Source of the DNA: Candidatus Poribacteria bacterium
GTDB lineage: Bacteria; Poribacteria; WGA-4E; PCPOR2b
Reading direction: 5' to 3'
DNA length: 64,000 nucleotides
Assembly (NCBI GenBank): GCA_965208675.1
Contig: OZ242351.1
Span: forward strand, 1,504,001-1,568,000
Part shown: positions 48,976 through 61,232 of the stretch, in pieces
Layout of the letters: the number at the start of each line of letters is the position of its first letter
Numbering within the stretch: the first letter of the stretch is position 1
The notes under the pieces: generated by a model
What the model was told of the DNA's origin: nothing
Seen by the model: only the letters and a program-made list of their open reading frames with translations
The model's database searches: none
Position numbers and translations under genes: made by a program

Positions 48976-50190
48976 TTACGGTTCAATCAACTTATAGAAC
49001 AGTACTTCGCCATCGACGATGCGTTTTATGACGATGCTTTTCGATGTGTGCCGGTTCTCATCATAGCCAGAAATGAATGTGGCCCCGCTATAATTCTCCG
49101 TGGCTGCAATCTGGTCGCGGATCATCGACGGTGTCAGGTCATCTGCGCGGCGCATCGCCAGCACGACGAGTCTAAGAGCATCATATCCGCCTGCCGCGCC
49201 TCCATCGGGCGTTTCATCAAACATCGCAGTGTACGCAGCCACGAATTGATAGGCATCTTCACCCAAATCACTCGGTTCCGCCTCGGCGGAAAAGCCGCTG
49301 CTATAAAAACTCCCGTCAGCAGCCGCTCCGGCTGTGGCAATCAACGCGGTGTTGTCCCAGCTATCGCCGCCCAAGAAAGTTGCCGTTATACCGAACTCCT
49401 CTTTTGCTTGCCGAACTGCGAGCGGGACTTCAGGGATGAAGCCGGTACTAAAAACCACGTCCGGTGACGCTTCGGCAATTACGGTTAGTTGCGCGGTGAA
49501 ATCGGAAGTTCCCGCCGAATAAAATTCATCAGCCGCAATCACGCCGCCCTGAGCGGTAAAGTTGTCAATGAAGGTTTGCGACAATCCCTCCGAATAAACA
49601 TCTTCCCTGTGCGTCAGGATGGCGGCGGTGTTCGCCGCTAAATCTTGCAGGGCAAACTGAGCCATCACCTTTCCTTGGAAGTCGTCCGTGAAAGCCGCCA
49701 TGAACACAAAATCGCCCGCAGCAGTAACCGCCGGATTGGTCGCGGACGTAGCCATCATCGGTATCGAGTTGCGCTGCGCAATTTCCCCGACGATCACGGC
49801 GTAGGTCGATCGGTTTGGGCCGACAATTGCAGAAACGCCCTCTTCGAAAATCAGTTCTTCCGCAAGTGCTGCAACATATTCGGCGTCGTTTATGTCCTCG
49901 CTAATCAGGCGCTGTGTCGGTATGCCGCGAGGGACGAGTTGAATTGGTGTGCCCCGCACGCCGCCCGACTCGTTAAGTTGCAACGTTGCTAATTCTGCAC
50001 CGTATCGGCTGTTATTTCGGTTAGGCGAGGTGTACAAGAAGCCAATTTTAATCGCAGATTCGCCGTCCTCTGGGGGCAAAGGCGTAAGCAATTCTTTGAA
50101 CTGCTCGCACCCTGCAAACAGGGTGCTCATTAAGATTAACGGAATCAAAAGCCGACTAATGACTCTGGATCCAGTAGGTCGATCGGTCAT
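48976..50190 (-). CDS. ABC transporter substrate-binding lipoprotein (LivK-like)
   Basis: LFAGC lipobox, AIVGP, SATNP, DDFQG, GGDSWD, GYDA. Confidence 0.9.
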   Translation of the reverse strand: MTDRPTGSRVISRLLIPLILMSTLFAGCEQFKELLTPLPPEDGESAIKIGFLYTSPNRNNSRYGAELATLQLNESGGVRGTPIQLVPRGIPTQRLISEDINDAEYVAALAEELIFEEGVSAIVGPNRSTYAVIVGEIAQRNSIPMMATSATNPAVTAAGDFVFMAAFTDDFQGKVMAQFALQDLAANTAAILTHREDVYSEGLSQTFIDNFTAQGGVIAADEFYSAGTSDFTAQLTVIAEASPDVVFSTGFIPEVPLAVRQAKEEFGITATFLGGDSWDNTALIATAGAAADGSFYSSGFSAEAEPSDLGEDAYQFVAAYTAMFDETPDGGAAGGYDALRLVVLAMRRADDLTPSMIRDQIAATENYSGATFISGYDENRHTSKSIVIKRIVDGEVLFYKLIEP

Positions 50191-50207
50191 TGAAGTCCTC
50201 CTTGCCG

Positions 50208-51428
50208 TTACGGCTTAATCAGTTTATGGAACTGCGCCTCGCCGTTGACGATTCGGTTAATCACGGCGCTCTTAGCTGCATGGCGATTTTCATCATAGGC
50301 TGAGAGCAAAGTTGCCCCGCTGTAGTTCTCGGTTGCGGCGATCTGGTCGCGAATCGCCGTTGGTGTCAGTTCGTCTGCACGCCGCATGGCTTGAACGACG
50401 ATTCTGAGCGCATCGTATCCGAGCGCCGCACCCCCGTCCGGCGCCTTGCCGAAGATCGCTGCGTAGGCGGTAAAGAATTGATGCCCTTCTTCACTCAAAT
50501 CGCCGGATGGAACATTGGCGGAAAAGAAGGTTGAGAAAAAACTCCCTTCAAGCAGTTCTGCATTTTCGGCGATTAACGGCGCATTATCCCAACTATCACC
50601 GCCGAGCAATATCCCCGTAATGCCGAGCGTTTTCGCTTGTTCAACCACCAATGGGATTTCGGCGGAGAACCCCGGCAGGAAAAACACGTCAGGGGCGGAT
50701 TCAGCGATTTCGGTCAATTGCGCCGTAAATTCGGTATCGCCCCTCATATAAAATTGCGCGTGCAGCACATCGCCCCCAAATGCTGTAAAGTTGTCGACGA
50801 AGGTTTGCGATAAACCTTCCGAATAGAGAGAGCCGCTGCGCGTAAAGACTGCGGCGGTTTTTGCCTCCAAATCTTGGATGGCAAATTGAGCCATCACTTT
50901 TCCCTGAAAATCGTCGGTGAACGCCGCCATAAACACAAAATCGCTCGCAGCGGTAACGGTTGGATTGGTCGCGGTAGTCGTCACCATCGGTATCCCGTGC
51001 TGTTGCGCAATCTCCCCAATGGGTACAGCGTAGGAAGAGAGGTTGGGACCGACTATTGCTGACACCCTCTCTTGGGTAATCAACTCCTCCGCTATCGCCG
51101 CGGCATGTTCGGCGTCGCTTATGTTCCCGCGGGCAACGATTGCAATCTCCTGTCCGTGCACGCCGCCCGCACCGTTCACTTGCAGCGCCGCCAATTCTGC
51201 GCCGTTCAATGTGTGGCTGCGCGTTGGGCTGCTGTAAATAACGCCGATTTTGATTGGAGCGTCGTCATCAGACTCTGGCAACGGCGTGAGCACCTGTCGG
51301 AATTGCTCGCACCCGGTAAGCGGCATAAAGATGCCGATCGCTAAGATGAAGAACGCCGCCGCATAAGTAAAACACGCCAAATCCTTGTGCCATCTAATCA
51401 CAGTTTTATTTGTTCCTTGAAATGTCAA
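50208..51428 (-). CDS. ABC transporter substrate-binding lipoprotein (LivK-like), tandem paralog
   Basis: LTGC lipobox and the same motifs as its neighbour. Confidence 0.9.
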   Translation of the reverse strand: MTFQGTNKTVIRWHKDLACFTYAAAFFILAIGIFMPLTGCEQFRQVLTPLPESDDDAPIKIGVIYSSPTRSHTLNGAELAALQVNGAGGVHGQEIAIVARGNISDAEHAAAIAEELITQERVSAIVGPNLSSYAVPIGEIAQQHGIPMVTTTATNPTVTAASDFVFMAAFTDDFQGKVMAQFAIQDLEAKTAAVFTRSGSLYSEGLSQTFVDNFTAFGGDVLHAQFYMRGDTEFTAQLTEIAESAPDVFFLPGFSAEIPLVVEQAKTLGITGILLGGDSWDNAPLIAENAELLEGSFFSTFFSANVPSGDLSEEGHQFFTAYAAIFGKAPDGGAALGYDALRIVVQAMRRADELTPTAIRDQIAATENYSGATLLSAYDENRHAAKSAVINRIVNGEAQFHKLIKP

Positions 51429-51510
51429 TGAATCTCCCCTTTTTCAGTTTGTATGTTTCTTCAGATTCTACGAAATGCAATATTATTGAGTATAGACCAG
51501 TTTCATTGGG

Positions 51511-52344
51511 TTATCTCAAAACAACGTTAATCCGCAAATCAGCGGATTGGCTTACGAAATCCGACGTAACTTCCACGCCCAAATCGGGAAAAGGTGTAAT
51601 CCATTTTCCTTTCGTGAAGCTAGTGTAGCGCCCTTCAACTTCAAGCCAACAGTCGTCCCACATTTTCTTCTCCACACCGACGCCACTCGTCCATGCTGTG
51701 GAATAAAAATCCTTGGCAGCTCTACCGGATTCATAGCCGCCAATGCCGCAAGGCTCCGGATTGAAACACCCGTTGTAGTAGGCATCAAGCCGCGACTTGG
51801 CGAGGCGGACGCCTGCAATTACGTAAACGCCAGCTTTCCACGACCGCAGTGTTCCGGGACTAGCACCTAGCTTTAACGCCAGCCCGTAGCTATTGATCCT
51901 TTGAAACGTCCATTGCTCGGACCAACTCTCCCCAAGTTGGTTTGGGGCTTCAGATGTTCCCTCTTCCTCGATAGTTCCGTAAACGCTGCCGCCGTGGTAC
52001 AGGTAGTCAAACTCGCCGCTGAAGAAAAAAACGTCCTTACCGAATGGCATACGGTAGCCGATCTGGTAACCAAGTCCGTTAATGCCACCATCCGTGTTTG
52101 ATTCTGCACGATTTACCTTACCCTTTTGAGTCGACACATTCCGCGGATGTGTATTGTCGACAGTCTTGTTGTAATGGGCATCAATAAATTCCCCTGCTGA
52201 TATAAAACCGCCATATGGACCTGCGTGCGGATGTGTAAACCCTAAGCACGAAATTAACATGAAGCAGCAGCAAGTTCCAGTCAAAATGTTATGGCTCGAA
52301 AGGACGCAATTTCGCAAATCTGTTTTGTTGAACCCTTTAATCAT
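51511..52344 (-). CDS. Outer-membrane beta-barrel protein (OmpA/Omp25-like 8-strand family)
   Basis: GPYGG start of mature part, amphipathic strands GYQIGY, AWTSGVGVE, EVEGRYT. Confidence 0.7.
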   Translation of the reverse strand: MIKGFNKTDLRNCVLSSHNILTGTCCCFMLISCLGFTHPHAGPYGGFISAGEFIDAHYNKTVDNTHPRNVSTQKGKVNRAESNTDGGINGLGYQIGYRMPFGKDVFFFSGEFDYLYHGGSVYGTIEEEGTSEAPNQLGESWSEQWTFQRINSYGLALKLGASPGTLRSWKAGVYVIAGVRLAKSRLDAYYNGCFNPEPCGIGGYESGRAAKDFYSTAWTSGVGVEKKMWDDCWLEVEGRYTSFTKGKWITPFPDLGVEVTSDFVSQSADLRINVVLR

Positions 52345-52421
52345 ATCAATCCCGTTCCAATAAAGATTAAAAACCTAATCTTCACTCCTTCAAATCATTA
52401 AAGCGGTTACAACTTTGCGAT

Positions 52422-52450
52422 ATTATATATACATCCTAAAATAAATGCAA
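52422..52450 (-). promoter_or_regulatory. Sigma70 promoter of the outer-membrane protein gene
   Basis: TTGCAT-N17-TATAAT. Confidence 0.65.
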
Positions 52451-52722
52451 GTGCATAGGGTGACGCACTGCGCATGCGGAGTATGGCTGTATGCTAATGC
52501 CTTGGCCCTCCGATCCAGCGGTTACGGTGAGGTTTTTCGCCACTCAAATGCGGCGAAGCAGGGACGAAAAGACAGGATTCAATGAGCCAATCGGTGTATG
52601 GGCAACTCATCCCTCTCAACCCACCGCTACCCATGTTGAATTATTGATTGTATTCTTAAAACTATGATAAAATAGAAGCGATTGACCATCCCAATCAAAT
52701 TTAGGATAGGAAGGAGATATCC

Positions 52723-53358
52723 ATGACGACTTCCAATGCGCCGCAGATAAAGCAGATTGAAGCGAAAGCATCCGTCTGCACCGATTGCGGGCTGTCCGAG
52801 ACCCGCACACAAGTTGTGTTTGGCGAAGGAAACGCCGACGCGGCGTTAACATTGGTTGGTGAGGGGCCTGGTGATCAAGAAGATAGGCGTGGACGGCCAT
52901 TCGTCGGCAAGGCGGGAAAGCTACTCGATGAAGTCATGGCAGACGCTCAAATCAGAAGGGAGGACATCTGGCTCACCAATGTCATCAAATGCCGCGCCTG
53001 CGTCACGGAAGACGGTTTCACGCGGAACCGCCCGCCAAAGATGGAGGAGATAAAAGCCTGCCATCAATGGCTGGATGCAGAACTTAACTTAATTCAACCG
53101 GCTGTAATTGTTTGTATCGGTGCGCCAGCCGCGAACCGGCTGATTCATAGGAATTTCAAGATGACTCAAGAACACGGGCGTTGGTTCACAGATACCCAAT
53201 ACGCGCCGTTCGCCATTGCCGCACTGCATCCAGCGTATGTCTTACGCCTTCACGGCGACGATTTCACCGCCGCGCGCCAATACCTGGTGGAAGATCTCAT
53301 TAAAGCGCGAGAGAAGGCGGAGGACGCGCCGCAACGCCAACAGTTAACGCTGTTTTGA
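52723..53358 (+). CDS. udg: Family 4 uracil-DNA glycosylase ([4Fe-4S])
   Basis: CTDC, VGEGPG, PFVGKAG, TNVIKCR, HPAY. Confidence 0.93.
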   Translation: MTTSNAPQIKQIEAKASVCTDCGLSETRTQVVFGEGNADAALTLVGEGPGDQEDRRGRPFVGKAGKLLDEVMADAQIRREDIWLTNVIKCRACVTEDGFTRNRPPKMEEIKACHQWLDAELNLIQPAVIVCIGAPAANRLIHRNFKMTQEHGRWFTDTQYAPFAIAALHPAYVLRLHGDDFTAARQYLVEDLIKAREKAEDAPQRQQLTLF

Positions 53359-53528
53359 GAATCGCGCGCTCGTCGGCGGTTTAACGTAGACTTCACAATC
53401 CTAACCGTTTACAGCAAAGTGCGGATTGAGGAATACGTCCTATCCAATCGCCATGTCGAGATTTACAGAACACAAGCGAATTGCAAGCGCGTTCCTGCTA
53501 TACCTCGTCGTTGTATTATCATAAATTT

Positions 53529-55570
<2,042 letters not shown>

Positions 55571-55592
55571 CAGGTTCTGGGAGCATGAAAAA

Positions 55593-56633
55593 TTGCCAGA
55601 AAACACGCCGTTGTACCCGTTAAAATTCGAGCCCATCTACAAGGAAAAGGTCTGGGGCGGAAGAGGTTTAGAAAAGCTTGGGCGAAAACTTCCGGGAAGT
55701 GCGAGCACACGTATCGGCGAATCGTGGGAGGTGGCTGATCTCGGTGTAAGCTCACCTTCTGTGGGCGGCGGCTCTACTCGCTCAATCGTAAACAACGGTC
55801 AATTTCTCGGCACTTCGTTGCACGAACTCATCGCGCGATACGGCGTGAAACTTCTGGGGCGGTTGTCGCCCGGCGTCTCGGGCAATTTCCCTTATTTGTT
55901 CAAATACATCGACATTCGCGAGAACGTGTCTGTGCAGGTACATCCCACTTCTGCGTATGTCCGCAGCCACCCTAAAGCATACGTAAAACATGAAGCGTGG
56001 TACATCGTGGATGCAAAACCGGGAGCGGTCGTCTATAAAGGTATCGGCGAAGGTGTGACACCCCGGCAGTTTCGCGGCGCCATCGCATCCGGAACGGCTC
56101 ACGAGGTTGAAGCAACGCTGATTAAAGTGCCGGCGAAGCGCGGCGACTGCCACTACCTGCCGAGCGGCACCTGCCATGCGGCTGGTGCGGGCGTGCTATT
56201 AGCCGAAATTCAGAACGCCAGCGACACGACGTTCCGCATGTACGATTGGGGCCGAACAGACCGCGAGCTGCATATTGAGCAGGCGATGCAGTGTATCGAG
56301 TTCGGCCCGCCGGATGTTAGCCAATATGAAAGGCACCTAAATAAGCCGAGCCGGTTTTCCGAAGCCGTACAACTGCTTGCGTGCGAACACTTTCGTATTC
56401 ATAAGGTTCACGCAACCCGAAACGCGGCGCGGGAATTGTCATTCAATCAAACCACCGTCTGGATGGTGCTTGAAGGCAGCGGACGAATCGACCCTAACAA
56501 CGGCGCCGCGCCTGTCGAGTTCTCTCGCGGCGAAACACTCTTTATTCCGGCAAGTCTTTTTGATGTTCAAATCGAGATATTTCAAGATGCGGTCTGGCTT
56601 GAAATTACCTTTCCACCAACTTCAGCGGCATGA
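55593..56633 (+). CDS. manA: Class I mannose-6-phosphate isomerase
   Basis: KVWGG, IGESWE, SVQVHP, KHEAW, GTCHA, EIQ..SDTTFRMYDWGR. Confidence 0.92.
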   Translation: MPENTPLYPLKFEPIYKEKVWGGRGLEKLGRKLPGSASTRIGESWEVADLGVSSPSVGGGSTRSIVNNGQFLGTSLHELIARYGVKLLGRLSPGVSGNFPYLFKYIDIRENVSVQVHPTSAYVRSHPKAYVKHEAWYIVDAKPGAVVYKGIGEGVTPRQFRGAIASGTAHEVEATLIKVPAKRGDCHYLPSGTCHAAGAGVLLAEIQNASDTTFRMYDWGRTDRELHIEQAMQCIEFGPPDVSQYERHLNKPSRFSEAVQLLACEHFRIHKVHATRNAARELSFNQTTVWMVLEGSGRIDPNNGAAPVEFSRGETLFIPASLFDVQIEIFQDAVWLEITFPPTSAA

Positions 56634-56744
56634 TATTGACATAAAAAATAATTTAATCTTCTGTTCAACAGACGAATCTGGATAATTCTTGGCGGTTTCG
56701 ACTTTGATTGTTGATGGACGAACGTTTGCAGTCTATTCCTGAGG

Positions 56745-57527
56745 TTGCCTTCAGCATTAAATTCAGATGAAGGAGGGCTAACATTGACAGAACAGCAAAA
56801 ATATCTCTTTGACTTGCAGGGGTACATTGTATTGAAAGATGTGGTACCGTTAGACATCGTTGAGGCGTGCAACCGCGTGCTGGACCGATTTGAAAATATG
56901 CCGCCGGAGGAGTTTCCGGTTCCTCTCGTTCTCGGAACACCAAAAACAGAGAAAGAACTTTACATCTCAAATATCCTTGAGAGCGACCCGGCTTTTATTC
57001 CGCTGATTGACATCCCCGAAGTACTGTCCATCATCGAAGGCGTCACCGGCGGCGAGTACCGCCTGAATCATACTTATACCATCTACCGGTGGAAAGATGG
57101 ATATACACCGATGCATATGCACGCCACTCCAATTATCTCCAAATGCCAATACCACTGCCGCAACGGTCAGATGGTTTCCACCTTAACCAAAGCAGTGTTT
57201 CCAATGATTGATTGCCATGTCGAGGACGGTAGCTTTGCAGCTATACCGGGCGCGCACAAGAGCAATTTTCCGAGGCCGTGGGGCGAGCATCCGGACGAAA
57301 ATCCGGTCTTGACGCCGATACCCGCAAATGCGGGCGATGCAATAATTTTTACCGAAGCTTTAACGCACGGCTCAGTGATGAACACTTCAGGCCGCCGAAG
57401 ACGAACTGTTTACTACTGTTACAGCATCGGCTATATGCCCGACTGGGGCGGCCAGGGACTCGTCTTCAGCGACCAGGTCATGGAGTCCCTTAACGCGGCG
57501 CAGCAGGAGATTCTTCGGTTGAAGTAG
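56745..57527 (+). CDS. Phytanoyl-CoA dioxygenase (PhyH) family protein
   Basis: YLFDLQGY, PMHMH, IPGAHK, AGDAIIFTEALTHGS, RR. Confidence 0.88.
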   Translation: MPSALNSDEGGLTLTEQQKYLFDLQGYIVLKDVVPLDIVEACNRVLDRFENMPPEEFPVPLVLGTPKTEKELYISNILESDPAFIPLIDIPEVLSIIEGVTGGEYRLNHTYTIYRWKDGYTPMHMHATPIISKCQYHCRNGQMVSTLTKAVFPMIDCHVEDGSFAAIPGAHKSNFPRPWGEHPDENPVLTPIPANAGDAIIFTEALTHGSVMNTSGRRRRTVYYCYSIGYMPDWGGQGLVFSDQVMESLNAAQQEILRLK

Positions 57528-57626
57528 GTATGTTTAATCCGACTTTCAGTCGGCGAAGGCAATGCCTGATTCCACAGTCCACATCGGACATGAGGCACAA
57601 CTAGAACGAAACTAGAGGCTACGAAC

Positions 57627-59663
57627 ATGGCAGAAATTTCATCGGTCAAGGCGCGTGTGTGGATGAGCTACGTGAACGTAGTCAACGGCGTGGACGAAGA
57701 CTTCCGTGACATGAAAGCCCACGGTATCGAAGGCGTGGAGATTAACATGTATCCTGCGATATGGGTGGGCGACGAGATCGACCTGAATCAGGCGTTAGCA
57801 TGCGCCCGAAAATACGGTATGCAGCTTGCATTTACGATCGAGAACATCACGCTTCGTGCCGACCGTGTCACTGCACACGGCATTACGCCAACGCCGTGCG
57901 TTATGATTGGCGGCGCATATAATGGAAAAGCAATAGATTGGAATCGGTTCTCTTTCGCGCCTGAACGGCAGGAAATAACGATTGAGAAGCCGGTTTTCGG
58001 CAGCGACTGGACGCTCGGAAACGGCAGTTACTACGCCGAACTATTGCCGCCGCATCATGCGGAGGTCGTCGTCAAGGAGAAGGATTACGACGGCCGGCAA
58101 CACTTGGCAATAATTCCTGCGTCGATTCAGGTCGATGGCGAACACACTTATCGTATGCAGTTTGATCTGTCCGGCGCACGGGGTGATCTTGACAATGTCA
58201 TGCTGGCAGTCTATTGGCGGATGCGCGGCCCCATTTTCGAGCAGCCGCAGCCTGCAAACTATTTCGGCAACACAGCAAGTCCCCACGCGGCTGGTACCGC
58301 CGAGGGGCTTCGTGCACAGCTTAGATACGAGATTGGGAGGTGGGCGGAGGCAAACGGCGGCGAATTTCCCGCCGATATTGTCATGGGAGTGCGTATCGGC
58401 GACGAGGATTTTTTGCAGACGGTGCCGAACGGTCCTGCGAATCCAGCTCAGTCGATGCCGCTATGGGACTATTCAGACGATGCCATTACTGCCTTCAAAC
58501 GATTGAATCCCGACGACACCTATCCGCGGCATTGGACGTTTCGTGAGGCGTTCGGCGAGCGTGCTTACGCCGATTGGATGTGGTCTTGCCACCGCGCCTG
58601 TGCAAATCTTCTACGAACTGCAAAGGATACGCTGCACCAAGAAGGTCTCGAGTCGCTAAGAATTTATCGGAATCTTACACGCTGCAACACCTTCTACGTA
58701 GGAAACGATCACGGCGGCATTGGGCTTGATATGTGCGCGCGCGAGATGGACATTGTTTCCGCAGACCCCTACCCGGCCTCGGACCGCGGCTACAACGACA
58801 GTTCAATTCCGAGGGATGTGAGTTACGTCGCCGGTCTTGCCCGCCGGCATCGGAAAGAACTAATGCCGTGGATGCAGGGCCATGAAATTCAACACCCGTC
58901 CGTCGCGCATCTCAATCGGCTCTATGAGCAGCACGTTGCCCAAACGCCGACGCGGATAATGTATTTGGGCTATGGAAATCGTGAGCGGCCTCCAAAAGGC
59001 ACGGCTGCCACCTTTCCGGGCGGGAATCCGGACTCATGGGAGGAATCACGGCGGCTGAATAACCAGTTCCGCCAACGCGCCAGTAGACATGTAAACGCAC
59101 GCGTTGCCGCCGTACGCGACTATCATGTGTGGAGCCTAAACTCTTTCGGTGAAGTGGACTGCCTTGACCGGCTATTCACGGACATTCTCGGTGAAATATC
59201 CGATCCGCACGGAACACCGTTCGACCCGATAGAGGTTCGTTCGCTTGACGCACTCGATTGGGGAGAGCTTGCGCATTACAGTATCGTGGTTGCCGCTCTG
59301 CCGCACAAGGTGCCCCAGCATTGCTGGCGCCGGTTTGCAGAATTACCCGGCAAGTGTGTATTGCTTGCTTCCGACTGTGGAACGCTCGCGAACGATGAAG
59401 GAACGACCGGCGTCCGTTTTTCAGGTGAGATTGCGCACGGCGGCGAGGTCTCAATGATTAACGGGATTGCCCTGCCGAGCTTGTACGTCCGTCCTGTTGA
59501 GGTTCGCCCCGACGTTCACAGCCTCGGAGTATACGGCGGGAAGACTTGCATTTGGCGGGTAGGCTCCATCCTCTTTTCCAGCGCACGGATACGGCACGAG
59601 GCGGTACCGCAATTCGTCGAATGGCTGGACGGGTGTGAGTGCCCCGAGTTAATAGACGGTTAA
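57627..59663 (+). CDS. Hypothetical protein, possible glycoside-hydrolase-like TIM barrel
   Basis: 678-aa ORF; IGDED, WDYSDDAI..F, DIVSADPYP, PWMQ motifs reminiscent of GH42-like proteins. Confidence 0.65.
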   Translation: MAEISSVKARVWMSYVNVVNGVDEDFRDMKAHGIEGVEINMYPAIWVGDEIDLNQALACARKYGMQLAFTIENITLRADRVTAHGITPTPCVMIGGAYNGKAIDWNRFSFAPERQEITIEKPVFGSDWTLGNGSYYAELLPPHHAEVVVKEKDYDGRQHLAIIPASIQVDGEHTYRMQFDLSGARGDLDNVMLAVYWRMRGPIFEQPQPANYFGNTASPHAAGTAEGLRAQLRYEIGRWAEANGGEFPADIVMGVRIGDEDFLQTVPNGPANPAQSMPLWDYSDDAITAFKRLNPDDTYPRHWTFREAFGERAYADWMWSCHRACANLLRTAKDTLHQEGLESLRIYRNLTRCNTFYVGNDHGGIGLDMCAREMDIVSADPYPASDRGYNDSSIPRDVSYVAGLARRHRKELMPWMQGHEIQHPSVAHLNRLYEQHVAQTPTRIMYLGYGNRERPPKGTAATFPGGNPDSWEESRRLNNQFRQRASRHVNARVAAVRDYHVWSLNSFGEVDCLDRLFTDILGEISDPHGTPFDPIEVRSLDALDWGELAHYSIVVAALPHKVPQHCWRRFAELPGKCVLLASDCGTLANDEGTTGVRFSGEIAHGGEVSMINGIALPSLYVRPVEVRPDVHSLGVYGGKTCIWRVGSILFSSARIRHEAVPQFVEWLDGCECPELIDG

Positions 59664-59685
59664 AACCGAAGCAATATCAGTGCTG

Positions 59686-61161
59686 TCAGGCGCCCTTAAT
59701 AGCATATTCCTCCATCTTGGAATGCAGCGTGTTTCGATTGATTCCGAGGAGTTCTGCTGCCTTGCTGCGATTCCAACCTGTCCGCTCAAGAACAATTCTA
59801 AATAACGCCTTCTCAAAACCAGCGCGAATCTCCGTGTAGAGCAAGCCATCAGTTCTTTCAGATTCTATGTACTCGTCAACGCGTTCCGTAATCATGGCTT
59901 TTAACTGTGTGCCGTAGCTTGTATCCGCCTCGCCAGCGGAAGAAACCGTGCCCGTGGCAAGCTGTGGAAAATGTTCCGGCAGAAGTACGTGACCCGAGCA
60001 CATCACCAATGCGCGTTTGAGCGTATTTTCCAATTCTCGCACGTTTCCGGGCCAATCGTAATTCACTAGCATTTCAAATGCTTCAGGAGAGATTGACGCT
60101 TCTGGAAGATTATAATCTCCGGCAAAGCGGCGAATAAACGAATCGATAAGATCCCGAATATCCTGTTTCCGTTCGCGCAGCGGGGGCAGATAGATTGGGA
60201 CAACATTGAGCCGATAGAACAAATCTTCACGAAATGCGCCTTTTTGGATAGCTACATCGAGCTGCCGGTTCGTCGCAGCGATAACGCGCACGTCAACGTG
60301 ACTCGACACATTTGACCCAACTGGCTCAACCTCGCGTTCCTGTAGCACACGCAATAATTTCATCTGCACTTCTGTAGGCAGCTCACCCACCTCGTCCAGA
60401 AAGATTGTCCCGCCATGAGCTTGTTTAAATTTACCTTGCCGGTCAGCATCCGCCCCAGTGAATGCGCCCCTGACATGCCCGAACAGGGTGCTTTCGATTA
60501 AGCCCGGCGGAACCGCGCTACAATCAACCACAACAAAGGATGCTTCTGCTCTCCTGCTGTTCTGGTGGATTGCGCGGGCAACCAACTCCTTCCCGGTACC
60601 GCTCTCACCCATGATAAGCATGGTTTCATCAAGCATCGCCGCCCGTCCAATGATTTGAAAAACCACATGCATCGCCGGACTTTCACCCACAATTTGAAAT
60701 CTTGCGTCTTCTTCAGAAGACGATGCGGCGGCGGTATCGGTATTCAGAGTGCGTTCCTGATTGGATTCTAAACCTGCAAGTGTCTGCTTTGCTTGATTAG
60801 CGGCATATGCAGCTCGAGCCACGAGATCGGTTACGGCTATAATGTCAAAAGGCTTGGTAATATAGTCGTAGGTGCGCCGTTTGGCGGCTTCGATGGCGAT
60901 TTGCGTCGTGCCATGCGCCGTAACGATTATAATCGAGACTGTTGAGTTTATTCCTTGGATCGTCTCAATCAGATCCAGCCCATTAGCATCAGGCATGAAG
61001 ATATCAAGCAGTATCACGTCAATCGGTTTTGACCGCAGCAGGTCAACTGTCTCGCTGCCGTTGCGCGCACAGAATATGCGGTAACCCTCTTTCTGAAGGG
61101 CTTTCGTCAGTACAAAACGAATGCTTTCGTCATCGTCAGCGATGAGAATTGAGTGGTTCAT
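59686..61161 (-). CDS. Sigma54-dependent response regulator (NtrC/AtoC-like)
   Basis: REC domain (DDD, D.FMP, KPF), GESGTGKE, GAFTGA, FLDEVGE, WPGNVRELEN, Fis-type HTH. Confidence 0.95.
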   Translation of the reverse strand: MNHSILIADDDESIRFVLTKALQKEGYRIFCARNGSETVDLLRSKPIDVILLDIFMPDANGLDLIETIQGINSTVSIIIVTAHGTTQIAIEAAKRRTYDYITKPFDIIAVTDLVARAAYAANQAKQTLAGLESNQERTLNTDTAAASSSEEDARFQIVGESPAMHVVFQIIGRAAMLDETMLIMGESGTGKELVARAIHQNSRRAEASFVVVDCSAVPPGLIESTLFGHVRGAFTGADADRQGKFKQAHGGTIFLDEVGELPTEVQMKLLRVLQEREVEPVGSNVSSHVDVRVIAATNRQLDVAIQKGAFREDLFYRLNVVPIYLPPLRERKQDIRDLIDSFIRRFAGDYNLPEASISPEAFEMLVNYDWPGNVRELENTLKRALVMCSGHVLLPEHFPQLATGTVSSAGEADTSYGTQLKAMITERVDEYIESERTDGLLYTEIRAGFEKALFRIVLERTGWNRSKAAELLGINRNTLHSKMEEYAIKGA

Positions 61162-61232
61162 GAGTATTCACTTTAGCGCGCGGATTTGCGTTAGGCAATC
61201 CGTGCCAATCTTGAGATTCGAGCGTTCCGGTA

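Noticed and set aside
52723-53358. UdgX assignment
   Set aside because: The KRRIH loop is absent.
61190-61210. Sigma54 promoter-like TTGGCACGGATTGC upstream of the response regulator
   Set aside because: GG-to-GC spacing is 8 nt rather than the required 10. Similar TGGCAC hits near 4270 and 43560 also lack the -12 GC.
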